Part shown: positions 26,841 to 41,457 of the stretch, piece after piece
How the letters are laid out: each line of letters starts with the position of its first letter
Position numbering within the stretch: the first letter of the stretch is position 1
NCBI RefSeq assembly: GCF_009914755.1
Contig: NC_060930.1
Length of the DNA: 64,000 nucleotides
Source: the human T2T-CHM13v2.0 reference genome, Homo sapiens
Strand: one strand, 5' to 3'
Translations under genes and position numbers: made by a program
Notes under the pieces: generated by a model
The model's input: only the letters and a program-made list of their open reading frames with translations
The model's database searches: none
What the model was told of the DNA's origin: nothing

Positions 26841-29652
26841 CAGGCATGCCTAAATAAGTGAAATAAGCCAGGCACAGAAAGACAAACATTGCGTCTTCTC
26901 ACTTATTTGTGGGATCTAAAAATCAAAACAACTGAACATATGTCTCAGGGACATAGAGAATAGAAGAATGATTACCAGAAGCTGGGAAGGGTAGTGAGGG
27001 GCTGGGTGAGAGGTGGGGATGTTAACAGGTAGAAAAAATAATAATTAGAAAGAATGAATAAGACCTACCATTTGATAGCACAATAGGGTGACTATAGTTA
27101 ATAATTTTACATTTTAAAATAACTTTAAAAATGTGATTGGATCATTTGTAACTCAAAGGATAAATGCTTGAGGGGATGGCTACCCCATTCCCCATGATGT
27201 GCTTATTTCGTATTGCATGCCTTTATCAAAATGTCTCATGTACCCCATAAATATATATACCTACTGTGTACCCACAACTATTTAAAAAATAAAAAATAAA
27301 AACATTTAAAATAAAAAAAAAAAGACATTGCAGTCTGGTTGCAGTTCCAGATACCCACAAAAAAAAGCAAATAGTGCAATAAAAAAAATCACATGAATTT
27401 TTAGTTTTTTCAGTGCATATAAAAGTTACTATAGTCTACTAAGTGTGCAACAGCGTTATGTCTAAAATAATAATGTACGTATCTTAATTTAAAAATACTT
27501 TACTGCTAAAAATGCTAACAATCATCTGATCCTTCAGCGAGACATAATCTGTTTGCTGGTGAAAGGTCTTATTTCAATGTTGATGGCTGCTGACGTCAGC
27601 GTGGTGGTTACTAAAGTTGGGGTGACTGTGGCAATGTCTTAAAATAAGACAACACTGAAGTTTGCTGCATCAATTCACTCTTCCTTTAATAAAATATTTC
27701 TTTGTAGCATGCAATGCTGTTTGATAGAATTTTGCTTACAGGAGAACTTCTTTCAAAATTGGAGTCAATCCTTTCAGATCCTGCCATTGCTTTATCAAGT
27801 AAGTTTATATAATATTCGTAATCTTTTTTGTCATTTCAACAATCTTCACGGCATCTTCACCAGGAGTAGATTCCATCTCAAGAAAACATTTTTTTTCTTG
27901 CCTATAAGTAGTGACTCCTCATTTGTGAAAGTTTTATCATGAGATGGTATCAGTTCAGTCACATCTTCAGGCTCCACTTTTAATTCCAGTTCTCTTAATA
28001 TTTTCAACACATCTGCAGTTCCTTCTTCCACTGAAGTCTTGAACCCATCAAAATAATCCATGAGGATTGAAATCAACTTCTCCCAAATTCCTGCTAATAT
28101 TTTGGCCTCCTTTAATGAATCACGGATATTCTTAATGGCATCTAGAATGGTGATCCTTTCCAGACAGTTTTCAATTATTTTGCACAGGTCCACCAGAGGA
28201 ATAATTCTCTATAGCAGATATAGCCTCATGAAACATATTTCTTAAATAATAAGACTCAAAAATTGAAATTGCTTCTTGATCCTTGGGCTGCAGAATGGAT
28301 GTTGTATTAGCAGGCAGGAAACAACATTAATCTTCTTGCACACCTCCACCAGAGCTCTTGGGTGACTAGGTGGACTCTCAGTGAGCAATAATAATTTGAA
28401 GGAAATCTTTCTTTTTCCTGACCAGTGGGTCCCAATAGTGGGCTGAAAATATTCAGTAAACCATGTTGTGAACAGATATACTGTCATCCAGCACATCTTT
28501 TCTTGTCCGTATACAGGGCCCAGGGAGAATAGATTTAGCATCATTATTAAAGGCCCTGGGACTTTTAGATGGTAAATGAGCATTGGCTTCAATTTATACT
28601 CATCAGCTGCATTAGCCCCTAACAAGAGTTCGCCTCTCCTTTAAAGTTAGGCAGTGACTTCTACTCTCTAGCTATGAAAGTCCTAGAAGGCATCTTCTTT
28701 CAATAGAAACCTATTTTGTCTATTTGAAAATCTAGTTTAGCCACCTTCATCAGTGATCTTAGCTATATCTTCTGGATAACTTGCTGCAGCTTCTACATCA
28801 GCACTTGCTGTTTCATCTTGTATTTTTATGTAATGGAGACAACTTCTTTCCTTAAACCTCATGAACCAACTTCTTCTAGCTTCCAACTCTTGTTCTGCAG
28901 CTTCCTCACCTCTCTCAGCCTTCACAGAATTAAAGAGAATTAGGGCCTTGCTCTAGGTTAGGTTTTGGCTAAAGAGAATATTGTGGCTGCTTTGATCTTC
29001 TATCCAGACGACTAAAACTTTCTCCATATCAGCAATAAGCCTGTTTCACTTTCTTTTCGTGTGTGTGTTCACTAGAGTAGCACTTTTAATTTCCTTCAAG
29101 GACTTTTCTTTTACATGTACAACTTGGCTAACTGATTCAAGAAGCCTAGCTTTCAGCCTGTCTCAGCTTTTGATATGCCTCCTCACTAAGGTTAATCATT
29201 TCTATATTTTTATTTAAAGTCAGAGATGTGCAACTCTTTAACTTCAGCACTTAGAGGCCACTGTAGTGCTATTAATTGGCCAAGTTTCAATATTGTTGTA
29301 TCTCAGGAAATATGATAGCCCAAGGAGAGGGAGAGAGATAGAGGAATAGCTAGTCGATGGAGCAGTCAAAACACACACTTATTGATGAAGTTCACCATCC
29401 TAAATGTGAGCAATTCATGGCCTCTCAAAACAATTCTAATAGTAACAGCACAGATCACCATAAGAGATATAAGAATAATGAAAAACTTTGAAATATTGCA
29501 AGAATTATCAAAATGTGGCACAGAGACATGAAGTGAGCACATGCTTATTGGAAAAATAGCATTGGTAGACTTGCCTAATGCAGGGTCACTACAAACCTTC
29601 AATTTGTAAAAAATGCAATATCTGCAAAGCACAGTAAAATTAGATATGCCCA
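26841..29652 (-). mobile_element. Tigger1, near full length, decayed; left TIR split by an L1MA insertion
   Basis: TA+CAGGCATGCCT at 26839-26851, body resumes at about 27323 (agacattgcag...gttccagat). Minus-strand ORF fragments 28242-28625 ([17 protein letters not shown]) and 28737-28925 ([21 protein letters not shown]) resemble the transposase. Confidence 0.92.
26852..27322 (+). mobile_element. L1MA (MA1-3-like) 3' end
   Basis: taagtgaaataagccaggcacagaaagacaaac ... tgatagcacaatagggtgactatag ... gtaccccataaatatatatacctac plus A tail. Confidence 0.9.
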
Positions 29653-29809
29653 TACATAAGTGAAAAACCAAGGTACAAGAGGAGAACCATGGGAAGAAAA
29701 AGGTTTTGAGTGGCAAAATTCCTGTGAGACTTCTCAATGGGAAGAAATGACTCAGGGAAAATGGTACAATAATGAGTCTATTTTCCATCAGAGAGTCTCA
29801 AGGTAGCTA

Positions 29810-30345
29810 CTATCTCATTCTACATATTTCCCCAAAGCTGAACTTAAGCAGAAGGTGTACATGCAGTTTATTTGTAGGTGACTTGAGAAAAGAATGAGGC
29901 ATGAGAAATGATTCAGAGATAGGAAGAACCAGTAGAAAAATGCATTTTGGAGTTGACCATTGCTAGGGCAAATGACTTTCAAGTTTGCATGATTTTCTGA
30001 AGACATTTGTAGAATTCATCTCAGAACTGTGCACCCAAGCAAAAGAAGGCAGAAGCTTTATCCATTGGCTCCCATCATCCACTGGCCAAGTGTTGATCTA
30101 TTTCCACTCATTTCTCTGTGATTTCACTTCTGGCTTCTATGTGTGTGAATGCTGAGGAGTCCCTGGGTATGCCAAATCCTATAATCCCACGAAAGGAAGC
30201 AGAAGACACTTGATTCTGTGGAAAGGTACTGCCTGGTTATACTCACAGGAAAGTGGTCAAAGCTTATATGGAACTGAGTAAGCAACTTTAGTTGGCATCA
30301 AATGTGCCAAGGTTTTGAAGGGGTACATGAGGCATCCAAAAAGAA
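29810..30345 (-). mobile_element. LTR33-like ERVL LTR
   Basis: ttccccaaagctgaac...cagtttatttgtaggtgac...gtagaattcatctcagaactgtgcacc...tttatccattggctccc. Confidence 0.55.
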
Positions 30346-31567
30346 ACTCAGTTAAGAGAAGTTGACACCTAAGCAAGCAAGAAAGGGGGAAAAGTTTAAG
30401 AATTATTTTTCAAAAAGAACTTTGTGTACACTTACTGACCCATGAAACAAGACAGGATACAAGTATTATAGATCATAACCCTATATACTTTCTGAGTAGA
30501 AAAGTATACTATTTTGCCAAAGAAACCGGAAGCAAGCATTGACACACACACAAAAATAATAAAAATCCTTTGACATTTTGAGAATTGAAGCAACCACAGG
30601 CTTCTATTATTCCACATAGGAGAAGAGAAGCAGACTGAGAAAATTGTACAACTTGCATAGTGGGCATATTCCCCCAACATTATTTTCAGACACTGCTGAA
30701 GAGGATAATGGAAAAGGAAGGAAGTCCAGGAGGCTACAGCCAGAGTTCCTGGTCCCTGGAGGCCAGCTAGGGAGCTCCCCCAGAGAGAGGAACAGGATAC
30801 AATCAAGGTACCTCCCACACCACAGGAAAGGGCTCTTAATTTCTGCCTGATGTGACTTCCTAATTACCATGGAGCACCAACAGCTGTATCTCATTCCCCC
30901 TCCTCCTCAATGGAATTTTACTGCAGCTATATCGTCTCTATTTTAATGTTATATATTGGACGGGTGTGAGTGGGAAGAGGACAGACAATTTATCATGCTT
31001 CCTCCACAGGCTTCAGGAGCAAAAGGAGCAACATCTGGATACAATGGAGAAGATATGAGGATCACCCACAGATCTCGGACTTGAGCTAATTGCAGTAACT
31101 GGATGTAACTTTGGGTTATCTGCTTTGGGAAGGGATATGTGTGTGCCTTCTATGTGGGAAGAGAGAATGAATGAATATCCAGTGACCAAATGGTAGACTG
31201 GCAGAGGCTTTTAAAGCTTACCAGATATTTTCATGCTTCTCAATATTCCCCAGCTTTCTTGGAAATTATGTGGAAATATGAAAGTAAGTCTGGCCAAGGT
31301 ATTGTGAGGGGAAGTGAGTCATTTTTTACCAAAGGCAGTCAGAAGACATTCTGTCCTTTCCTCTCTTATCTCCCTGAACTTTGGAGGCCACAGGTTCTGT
31401 AGGATGTGTCCTAAGTCCCCTGTTGGATGGGAACTACCCTAAGGAGTAGCCCCACCAACATCAAACTCTGATGTAATTGAGAATTAAACTTTTGTCAAAC
31501 TGCTAAAATTTGAGGGCTTGTCTGTTGCATTAATTACCCTAATATACCAAGATGACTCAAACTGTGA

Positions 31568-31868
<301 letters not shown>

Positions 31869-32149
31869 GTAAATTTGTTTTTATTTGACATCCTCAAACT
31901 TTTCAATCACAGCAAAGCATCACAATTTATAATTCAAATGAGAGCTTTTGATATCTATCTATCAGCTCTCCATTCTTCTATGTATCTATGTTTCAATCAG
32001 AACTTCTTTGAAGATCAAATTTCCAGTAAGTTCTGGAGTCCTGGTCAAATGCAGGCTGAGAAGCTGCTCATCTTTGCAGTCTCAGTTCAAATGTGTTCTC
32101 ACATATAATTCCCTTCTCCCCTCAGTAGAACTCACCACTCCATTTTGGG

Positions 32150-32651
32150 TTTCTCACTGAACCATTTTATCTCAGATAAGAGAAATCAACTCTAGCTAGT
32201 TTATTCAGGAAAAGTATTTACTAAAAGTTACTAGGCAGCTCTTGGGGGTCTTTTGGGGGAACAGAGAACAATTGTCCAGTCTTCACAACCAGGAGCGATG
32301 ACTGAAACCATGTTGTAGAACGAGTTCAATCAAGGTATCACCTCTGCTACCCTAAGTAGAGACCCTTTGGCTTTATTGCTAATACTGACATGGTTGGGCA
32401 CTTCAAGGTATGACTCTGCTGCCCTGGAACTTAGCCAGAGCTGCCACCCTCTGCACAATGCCTGATTCTTTGCCTCACTAGCTTCCTCTTCAAAATCTAG
32501 CCTGTATCATAACTGAAAAGTAAGGCAGGAAGAGTGAGTGAATGGCTTCCCCAGAGAGAAGCAGACAGCAAACAATTTGGGGAATTTCTAAAACACATGA
32601 AATATGTTCAGGGGCTGGATGGCCAAAAGAAATGACCAATTCCCAATGCAA
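32150..32651 (-). mobile_element. Very old MaLR LTR (MLT1M/N-like)
   Basis: agaaatcaactctagctagtttattcaggaaaagtatttact...ggcagctc resembles MLT1M/N. Confidence 0.35.
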
Positions 32652-34909
32652 CCATGGACATACTGTTACCGTGGACTATAATGGGAATGTAATAGACACG
32701 TAGTAAATATGTGTAGAATAGATGAATAGATGAAATAATGACCAGGATTGAAGCATTCAGTTATTGCTATTCACTCAGCACCATTTTAAATGACACAAGA
32801 GTGATTGGATGGATAACATGGCCATACAGCTCCCATGAGTTCAACAGAATTATTATTTCAGCCCCATCCAGTTCCATAGCAATCAAAGCCAGAGCTACAG
32901 AGAATGAGCTCCAACCGACAGGCTCAGCCCCAGCCTAAAGACGAAGAAGAGGAGCTCTGAGCTTAATGGGACATTGAAGAAAACCGACTCGGCTTCTACT
33001 ATCAAAGTGAAGTGGGGAATTAGAGCAATTTTCCTGACACTCCAGGCAAAAGTGGGCAGTTTGCCTGGATTATCTAGGTCACTGCTTCAGACTCTCAGAT
33101 TCATTTTGCCCGTGGAGAACTGTCCTATTAGCTCCAGTTACCACAGAGTAACTAACTCGGGGTAAAAACAGCCTCATTTCCCAACCAACCCCTTTTAACT
33201 ATGCTTAAATGTCCACGATTTTTGGTCTTATTGATCTAGGCTGGATTTAAAAAAGCAACCCTTTGGAGATGGATTACAAATGCCACACACTCTTAAATTG
33301 CTATTATGTTTTTAAAGCAGAAGGTGTCAAATCAAATGATAAAAAATGAGGATCCAGTTCTCTCTCAGGCTCACTTGCAGGATTCCCTCATGATTATGAT
33401 GGGAATGAATCATCTGCAATGATATGTAGGTTAGTAATGCCATTATAATAAAGTATGTAATTTAGGTTAGTCTCCATTATGTCAAGAGGATTGCCACATA
33501 CTCACCTCCTTCTCTGACTTCTCAGCTTTGCCCCCGTGGCTTACTCAGGGCACTGTTAATTGACACAATTAAGAGTGAAGACTGATTTACAGGACCCAGA
33601 GGAGCCTCTGGGAAAGTGAGGTTCATGTACTGAGGGGAAGGTTTTATACACTGTACTATGGCTTCGTTTCTGATACCCAAATTCTTCTCTAGGTCGGTGA
33701 ATAAAGCTAAAGTAGGAAGGAAACCAACAACCGTGTTACTGAAACAAATTTCACTCATTTTATTTCTATCTGTTTAAATTCTACCGTTTTAGCTTAAATT
33801 CTACCATGTTAGCTTGTACTTTTTTTTCGAGGTAGGAATGTGGCTTTGGACTTGCCTAGCTCTCATCCACTTTCCCATCATCTTGTTTTTTCTTATGATT
33901 TTCTGACACTATAACTATCATAAATTACAATGCAGTATCATCAGAATTCAAAATGTTTCAGTAAATAGTTTTCCCATGCTGAGAAAGGAAAGAGATACAA
34001 AAGAGTCAATAATTTCCTTCATTATGGAAGGAAAATTAATGTTCATTTCCATGAAGTGAATTTAGCTTTTGAGACACATATAGCACTTGGCCTTCCATCT
34101 CAACTGTAGAAATTCTTATTTACCAAGCAACCGCTTGATTCATCTAGCTTAACATCTTAACTAGGGAAATGCGAAAAGCCTGGAATTAAGTGGTTGTTTT
34201 TCACATGCTGAGTCAGAGAACAAAAACAGGGACCACATCTGTACTTATTTTAGTTCTATGTCTTGTATCTCTTCTTAGGAGATCAGCACTAGCAAACTGC
34301 TGTTAACTAGGGTAATTACACAGTACTCTGAACAGTGAGCAAAATAACACTGTGAGTGTCCAAGAGTTTGAACAATTTGGACTGATTTTGTATGGCATAT
34401 AATTTACAGTAAAGATTCAGAATGCCTTTTTTCTTTTAAGAACAGCTTTCATCATTTAGCTTTAGATCATTACACATGGAGACACGTATTCACAGTCAAA
34501 TTTGATACAGATAAATCTAAACATCTGCAAAAATAGAATAATTTTATTGACATTTACCCAGTGCTATCTCAGGCCATTTCTGTTTGTGATCAGCAGAGTC
34601 AAAGAAGTTAGCTGAAGCTTCTTGAGTCTAAAACTATGTCTAAAACAGGTAAACTGACATCAAGACTTGAATATAATTTTAAGAAATCAGTCAGGAAATA
34701 TAAATGAGAGAGATCATCTAAAAGTATTATGTGGAAGCAAAGATATGATAAAACCTACAAAGCAATTAAATGAATAATATATTGAGCTATACATAAGATG
34801 TGAGTATCATAGCGCAATACAAACAAGAAAAGTGAATTTTTTAAAAGCAGCCTTCAATAAGCTCCACTCACTTGCTCATACATTCCATTATTTAATAAAC
34901 AACCTTGAA

Positions 34910-35215
34910 GCTGGGGCGCGGTGGCTCACGCCGGTAATGCCAGCACTTTGGGAGGCCGAGGCTGGTGGATCACGAGGTCAGGAGATCGAGACCATCCTGG
35001 CCAACATGGTGAAACCCCGTCTCTACTAAAAATACCAAAAATTAGCCGGGCGCAGTGGCAGGTGCCTGTAGTCCCAGCTACTCAGGAGGCTGAGGCAGGA
35101 GAATGGCATGAACCCAGGAGTGGAGCTTGCAGTGAGCCGAGATCGTGCCACTGCACATCAGCCTGGGCGACAGAGAGAGACTCTGTCTCAAAAATAATAA
35201 TAATAATATAAATAA
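34910..35215 (+). mobile_element. Alu (Y/Sc-type)
   Basis: Full dimer, (TAA)n tail, flanking aataaacaacctt / aataaataacctt. Confidence 0.95.
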
Positions 35216-36229
35216 AAATAAATAACCTTTAGCTTTAGGGAGAGGGGGCAATTTGAGGAGTGACGAGACTAAGTGGCTGAACCAGACACGCTTCCCTCAG
35301 GAAGCTCAAAGTTTAGCTTCTGGACAAAATGTACATAAAAGGCAAAAATAGTAGCAATGGATATTTCTAGAATAAAATGGAATTTCATCTCTTTCATAAT
35401 GAATTGAGATTAATTTTTCTGTTAAGTAATGATGGTTCAAGAAAACAAATTTATATAGAAAGTACAGTATGCAGATAAAGAAAATGATAATAATACTATA
35501 ATGTATATATTGAATTCACTGTACTATTGTCTTGAGTGAATTACAGCAACTGTTTTAATGACCTAGCCTACTTCCTAATGAAGAACCAACTAGCCAATAA
35601 TTAAGGCATTCTTAAAATGAACAAGCTAAATGTTTAGTTATTGAAAAGTTATTTTTCACATTGTATTTATCATTCAAAATCATCAACATTAACTTCAAAA
35701 GTTGATTTAAAAAAGACTACCATTTCATGTTTTCTAAATTTAAATTTTTATAATAAAGGATATCATCAGTAGCCTTAGCAATTTTTTTTTTCAAAGTCAT
35801 AGTAAGATTTAGAGACTTGAGGAATAAGAACTGAAGAATTGGAATGGATTGCATCATTTAATAGACATAAAGAATGGCTGGTGGTACAAGAAAATAATGA
35901 GTTCAAAGTATTTTTAAATCTATTATTAAATATTTCAGAAAAGGAAAAAAAGACCTAAAGAATTATGTAATAATTACTCATGTATCCATAACTGAACTTA
36001 AGAAATACATTATTTCATAAGTTGTATATATAATTGTAGAAAATTGTAGTAAATAATCCATGATAGCCTTTTCTATATCACTTGTTTATTTTTATTAATA
36101 AACTACTTTTAGAGAAATTTTAGATTTACATCAAAAGTGACTGGAATGTACAGAGAGTTCCCCTATACTTCCCGTCTTCAGTATCACACAATGCCCCCCC
36201 GCCATCAAAATCTCCCATCAGAGTGATGC

Positions 36230-36596
36230 TGTATTAGTTCATCCTAACACTGCTACAAAGAACTACCTGAGACTGGGTAATTAAAGAAGAAAAAGCTTTA
36301 ATTGATTCACAGTTCCACCGGCTATACAGGAAGCGTGGCTGGGATGCCTCAGGATATTTACAATCATTTTAGAAGGTGAAGGGGAAACAGGCATGTCCTA
36401 CATGGCTGGAGCAAGAGGAAGAGAGAGAGATGGGGGAGGTGCTACACACTGTTAAACAACTGGATCTCATGAGAACGCTATCACGAGACTGCAAGGGGGA
36501 AGTCTGCCCCACTGATTCAACCGCTTCCCACCAGGTCCCTCCCCCAACATTGGGAATTACAATTTGACAAGAGATTTTGGTAGGGACACAGAGACG
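36230..36596 (-). mobile_element. MSTA/MSTB solo LTR
   Basis: tgtattagttc...aagaactacctgagactgggtaat...gaggtgctacacact...cccccaacattgggaattacaatt. Confidence 0.88.
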
Positions 36597-38767
36597 CGCT
36601 ATATTTGTTAAAATTCATGAACCTACACTGACACACCATTAGCACCCAAAGTTTATCATTTACATTAATTTTATTCTTGATGTAGTACATTCTATGGATT
36701 TTCAGAAACGTGCAACAATTTGTATCCACTGCTGTAGTATCCCAAAGAATTGTTTTACTGCCCTCACTACCCCCTGTTTGTTCATCCCTTCTTCTGCCTA
36801 ACACCTGGAAACTGCTAATCCTTTTACTGCCTTTTCCAGAATGTACTGTTGTTGGAATCATGCAGCATGTAGGCTTTTCAGATTAGCTTTCACTTAGTAA
36901 TGTTTAAGTTTCTTACATACCTTTTCATGACATCATAGCTCATTTCTTTATAGTGCTGAATATTATTCCATTGTCTGGATGTCTCACAGCATACACACCC
37001 ACCTGATAAAGGGCATATTTATTGTTGATAAGTTTTGAAATATCATCTTTGGTAAGATGCCTGTCAAGGTCCTTTGCCCATTTATTAGTCAGCATTGAGT
37101 ACTTTGTATATTTTATGTAACAATCCTTTTTTGGATGTGTCTTTTGCAAATATTTTCTCCCAGCTTGTGTCCTGTTTTCTCATTCTCTTGACATTGTCTC
37201 CTACAGAACAAGGCTTGAAATTATAATGAAATTCAACTTATAAATTATTTCTTTCATAGTTTGTGCTTTCGGTATTGTAGGTAAGAAGTCCTCACCATAG
37301 CCAAGATCATCTATATTTTTTTCTGTTTTCTTCTAGTTTTATAGTTTTGCATTTTGCATTTGAGTCTATGATTCATATTAGTTATTTTTTTGTGTGAAAA
37401 GTGTAAGGTCTATGTCTAGACTCATGTGTTTGTACGTGGATGTTCAGTAATCCAAGTGTCCTTTGTTAAGACTATCTTTACTCCACTCTGTTGCCTTTAC
37501 TCCACTGTCAAATATCAGTTGCGTATGTTTACATGGGTCTAATTCTGGGCTCTCTATTCTGTTCCCTTAATTTATTTGTGTATTCTTTCACCAATACCAT
37601 ACTCTCTTGGTCACTGCAGCTTTATATTAAGTTTTAATGTCAGATAGTCAATACTCCAACTTTGTTCTTCTTCAATATTGAGTCAGCTATTATGGGTCTT
37701 ACACCTTTCCATTTAAACCTAAGAATCTATTTTTTAATATCAGCAAAACAACTTCTCAAAGAATTTTCCATGGAATTGTGTTGAATCTATAGATTAAGTT
37801 GGGAATAAATAATATATCGAGAATATTAAGCCTTCCTATTCATGAGAATTAAATATTTTTCCATTTAATTCTTTGATTTCTTTCATCAGAGTTTTATATT
37901 TTTCCCATATAGATCTTGCACATACTTACTTTCTAAATTTATACCTAAGTAATTTTGGAAGAGCTAATGTAAATGGTAACTTGTTTTTAATTTCAAATTA
38001 AAATTCATTAATATATAGCTATTTATTGGTATATAAGAAAGCTATTGATTTTGGTATATTAACCATATATCCTGCAACTTTGCTGTAATCACGTATTAAT
38101 TAAAGATGCATTTTTGTTGTTTATTTCCATGAAGACAATTATATCATCTGTGTAAAAAGGCCATTTTATTTCTTTCTTCCCAATATGTATACCTTTTATT
38201 CTCTATTCTTGTATTATTACATTAGCTCAGACTTCCAACGTGATGTTGAAAACAGTGGTGAGAGGTGACATCATTGTCTTGTTCCTGATCTTAGTAGGAA
38301 AGATTCATGTTTCCCCCCATTAAGTGTGATTTTAGCTGTAGGTTTTTGTAGATGGTCATTATCAATTTAACAAACTCTATTTTTACCTTGCTCAGAGTAT
38401 TTATCATAAATGGGTGTTGAATTTTGTCAACTCTTTTTTTGCATCTATTGATATGATCATGTGATTCTTTTCAATTTAGCCTGTCAATGTGGTGGATTAC
38501 ATTAATTGATTTTTGAATGTTGAGCAAACCTTTCATACCTGAGATAAATTCCATTTGGTCATGGTGAACAATTATTTTTAAACACGTTGGATTTGATTTT
38601 ATAATATTTTGTTAAGAATTTTTGCATCTGTGTTCATGAGAAACATTGGTCTACAGATTTTTTATATATAATATATATAATTATATGCTGTTTTATGTGT
38701 GTGTGTATATATATATATAAAAGTTATCTGCTGATGAATGTGTAGTCTGTAGACCAATGTTTCCCAT

Positions 38768-38843
38768 CTATATATATATATATATATATAGATATATATA
38801 TATACACACACACACACATACATATATACACACACACATATAT
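38768..38843. repeat. (TA)n/(CA)n compound microsatellite
   Basis: Directly visible. Confidence 0.95.
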
Positions 38844-39093
38844 AATTAGGGTAACCTGCCCTTCCTTATAGAATGGGTTAGAAAATATTCCTTCCAATTT
38901 CGTCTTCTGAAAGAGATGTAGAGAATTGCTATAATCTCTTCATTTAACGTCTGGTAGAATCCACTAGCTGAGCTCATCTGGTCTGGACCTTTCTGTTTTG
39001 GAAGATTTTTAGTTATTGATTAAATTTCCTCCATAGATATAGGCCTAAACAGATTGTCTATTTCTTCTTGTGTGAGTTTTAGCAGATTGTGTC

Positions 39094-39467
39094 TCTATTA
39101 GTCTGTTCTCATGCTGCTAATAAAGACATACCAGTGACTGGGTAATTTAAAAAGAAAAGAGATTTAATTGACTCACAGATTATGAGTGATCTGTGAACAC
39201 TCATGGCTGGGGAAGCCTCACAATCATGGCAGAAGGCGATGCAGGAGCAAAGTCATGTTTTACATGGTAGCAGGCAAGAGAGCTTGTGCAGGGGGACTCT
39301 CATTTATAAAACTATCAGATCTTGTGAGACTTATTCACTACCACGAAAACAGTATGAAGCAAACTGCCCCCATGATTCAATTATCTCCACCTGGGCCCAC
39401 ACTTGACACATGGAGATTATTATAATTCAAGGTGAGATTTGAGTGACGACGCAGCCAACCCATATTA
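39094..39467 (-). mobile_element. THE1B/C solo LTR
   Basis: tattagtctgttctcatgctgctaataaagacatacc...cagccaacccatatta; near-TSD gtgtc/gtttc. Confidence 0.9.
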
Positions 39468-41179
39468 GTTTCTTTCTAGGAAGTGGTCCATTATATCTAG
39501 ATTGCCATATTTGTGGTCATAGTGTTGGTTCATAACATTTCTTTATTATCATTTTAATATCCATGATATCTGTAGTGATATTCCCTGTGGTACTTCTGAT
39601 ATTGATAATATGTATTCTTTCCTTTTTTTCTTAGTTAGCCTGGCTATAAGTTTATCAATTTTATTGATCTTTTCAAAAGCAACATTTGGTTTTATTTTCT
39701 CTACTGATTTCCTGCTATTATTTATTTTCTTCTGCTTGCTTCGGACAAAATTTGTTTTTCTTTTTCTAGTTTCCAAAAAAGCAAGCTTAGAGTACTGATT
39801 TAACATATTTCTTCTCTTCTAATGTACACATTCAATGCTATAAATTTCCCTCTAAGCACTGCATCCCAAAAAATTTGAGATTTTGCTGTGTCTCACAAAT
39901 TCGGATAAGTTGTATTTTTATTTTCATTTCTTTCATAATACTTCAAAATTTCTCTTGAGATTTCTTCTTTCACCCATGTATTATTTAGAAGTGTGTTGTT
40001 TAATCTCCATGTATTTTGGGATTTTTCAGCTATCTTTCTGTCATTTATTTCTAGCTTAATTCCATTGTAGTCTGAGAGTAGATGTTGTACGATTTCTATT
40101 CTTTCACATTTAAGATGTATTTTATGATCCAGAATGTAACCCATCTTAGTGAATATTTTATGTGAGCTTGAGAATTATTCTCAAGCTCTATTTTAATTCT
40201 ATTTTAATGAAGCATTAATTCTATTTTAATGAAGCAGCCTTACATGTCAATTATATTCAATTAATCAATGGTGCTATTTAATTCATCTATTTCCTTACTG
40301 CTTTCTGTCTGCTGGGTCTGTCCATTTCTGATAAAGGAGTATTAAAGTCTCCAGATGTAACAGTACATTCTGTTTCTCCTTGCAGTTGTATTCCTGCCTC
40401 CTGTATTCTTCATGCTGTCTTGTTAGATGCATACATATTAAGAATTATTACATCTTGATAGAATATTGACATCTTTATTATTCTGCAATGCCCCTATTTT
40501 TCTCTAATAACTTTCTATCTTTGAAGTATACTCTGTCTGAAATTAGTAAAGCTACTCCTTCTTTCTTTTGAAAAAGAAGAGCATGATGTATTATTCTCCA
40601 CTACTTTTAATCTGTATGTGTCTTTAAAGTGGGTTTCTTGTAGACAATATTTATTTGAGTCTTATTTTTGATTTGCTTTTACAATTTCTATCTTTTAGTT
40701 GGTGAATTTAGACAATTGACATTCAAAATGATTATTGATATAGTTGTATTAATATCTCCCATGTTTGTTACTGTTTATTTATTGCTCTTTTTTCTTTTTT
40801 CCTATTTTTATCTTCTACTTTTCTTGCCTTTTGTGGTTTTAATTGAGCATTTTATGTATTTCCATTTTCCTCCTTTCCTAGCATACATATTTCTTTCTTA
40901 ACCTTTTATAGTAGTTGCCCCTAGAGTATGCAATATACATTTACAACAAATCCAAGTTCACTTTCAAATAGTACTATACCACTGTGTGGGTAGTGCAAGT
41001 ATCTTATAATAATAAAATAGTTCTAATTGTTTCCTCTTGGCCTTGGAACAACGCTGTCATTCATTTCACCTATGAACAAGCATATATCTATATGTACATA
41101 ACTAAATACATTGTTGCTGTTGTTATTTTGAGCAAACTGTTGTCTTTAGATCAACTATGAATAAGAAAAATACATTTTT

Positions 41180-41457
41180 GGCTGGGCACGGTGGCTCATG
41201 CCTGTATTACCAGCACTTTGGGAGGCTGAGGCGGGTGGATCACTTGAGGTCAGGAGTTTGAGACCAGCCTGACCAACATGGTGAAACCCTGCCTCTACTA
41301 AAAATATACAAAATTAGCCGAGTGTGGTGGTACACACCTGTAATTCCAGCTACTTGGGAGGCTGAGGCAAGAGAATCACTTGAACCCAGGAGTCAGAGGC
41401 TGCAGTGGGCCAAGATCACACCATTGCACTCCAGCCTGGGCAGCATCTTAAAAAATA
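41180..41457 (+). mobile_element. AluS (Sx-like) with shortened 3' end
   Basis: Dimer; TSD aagaaaaatacatttt on both sides. Confidence 0.95.

Noticed and set aside
39549-40144. ORFs resembling an endonuclease/RT protein
   Set aside because: Decayed L1 ORF2 fragments, not an intact gene.
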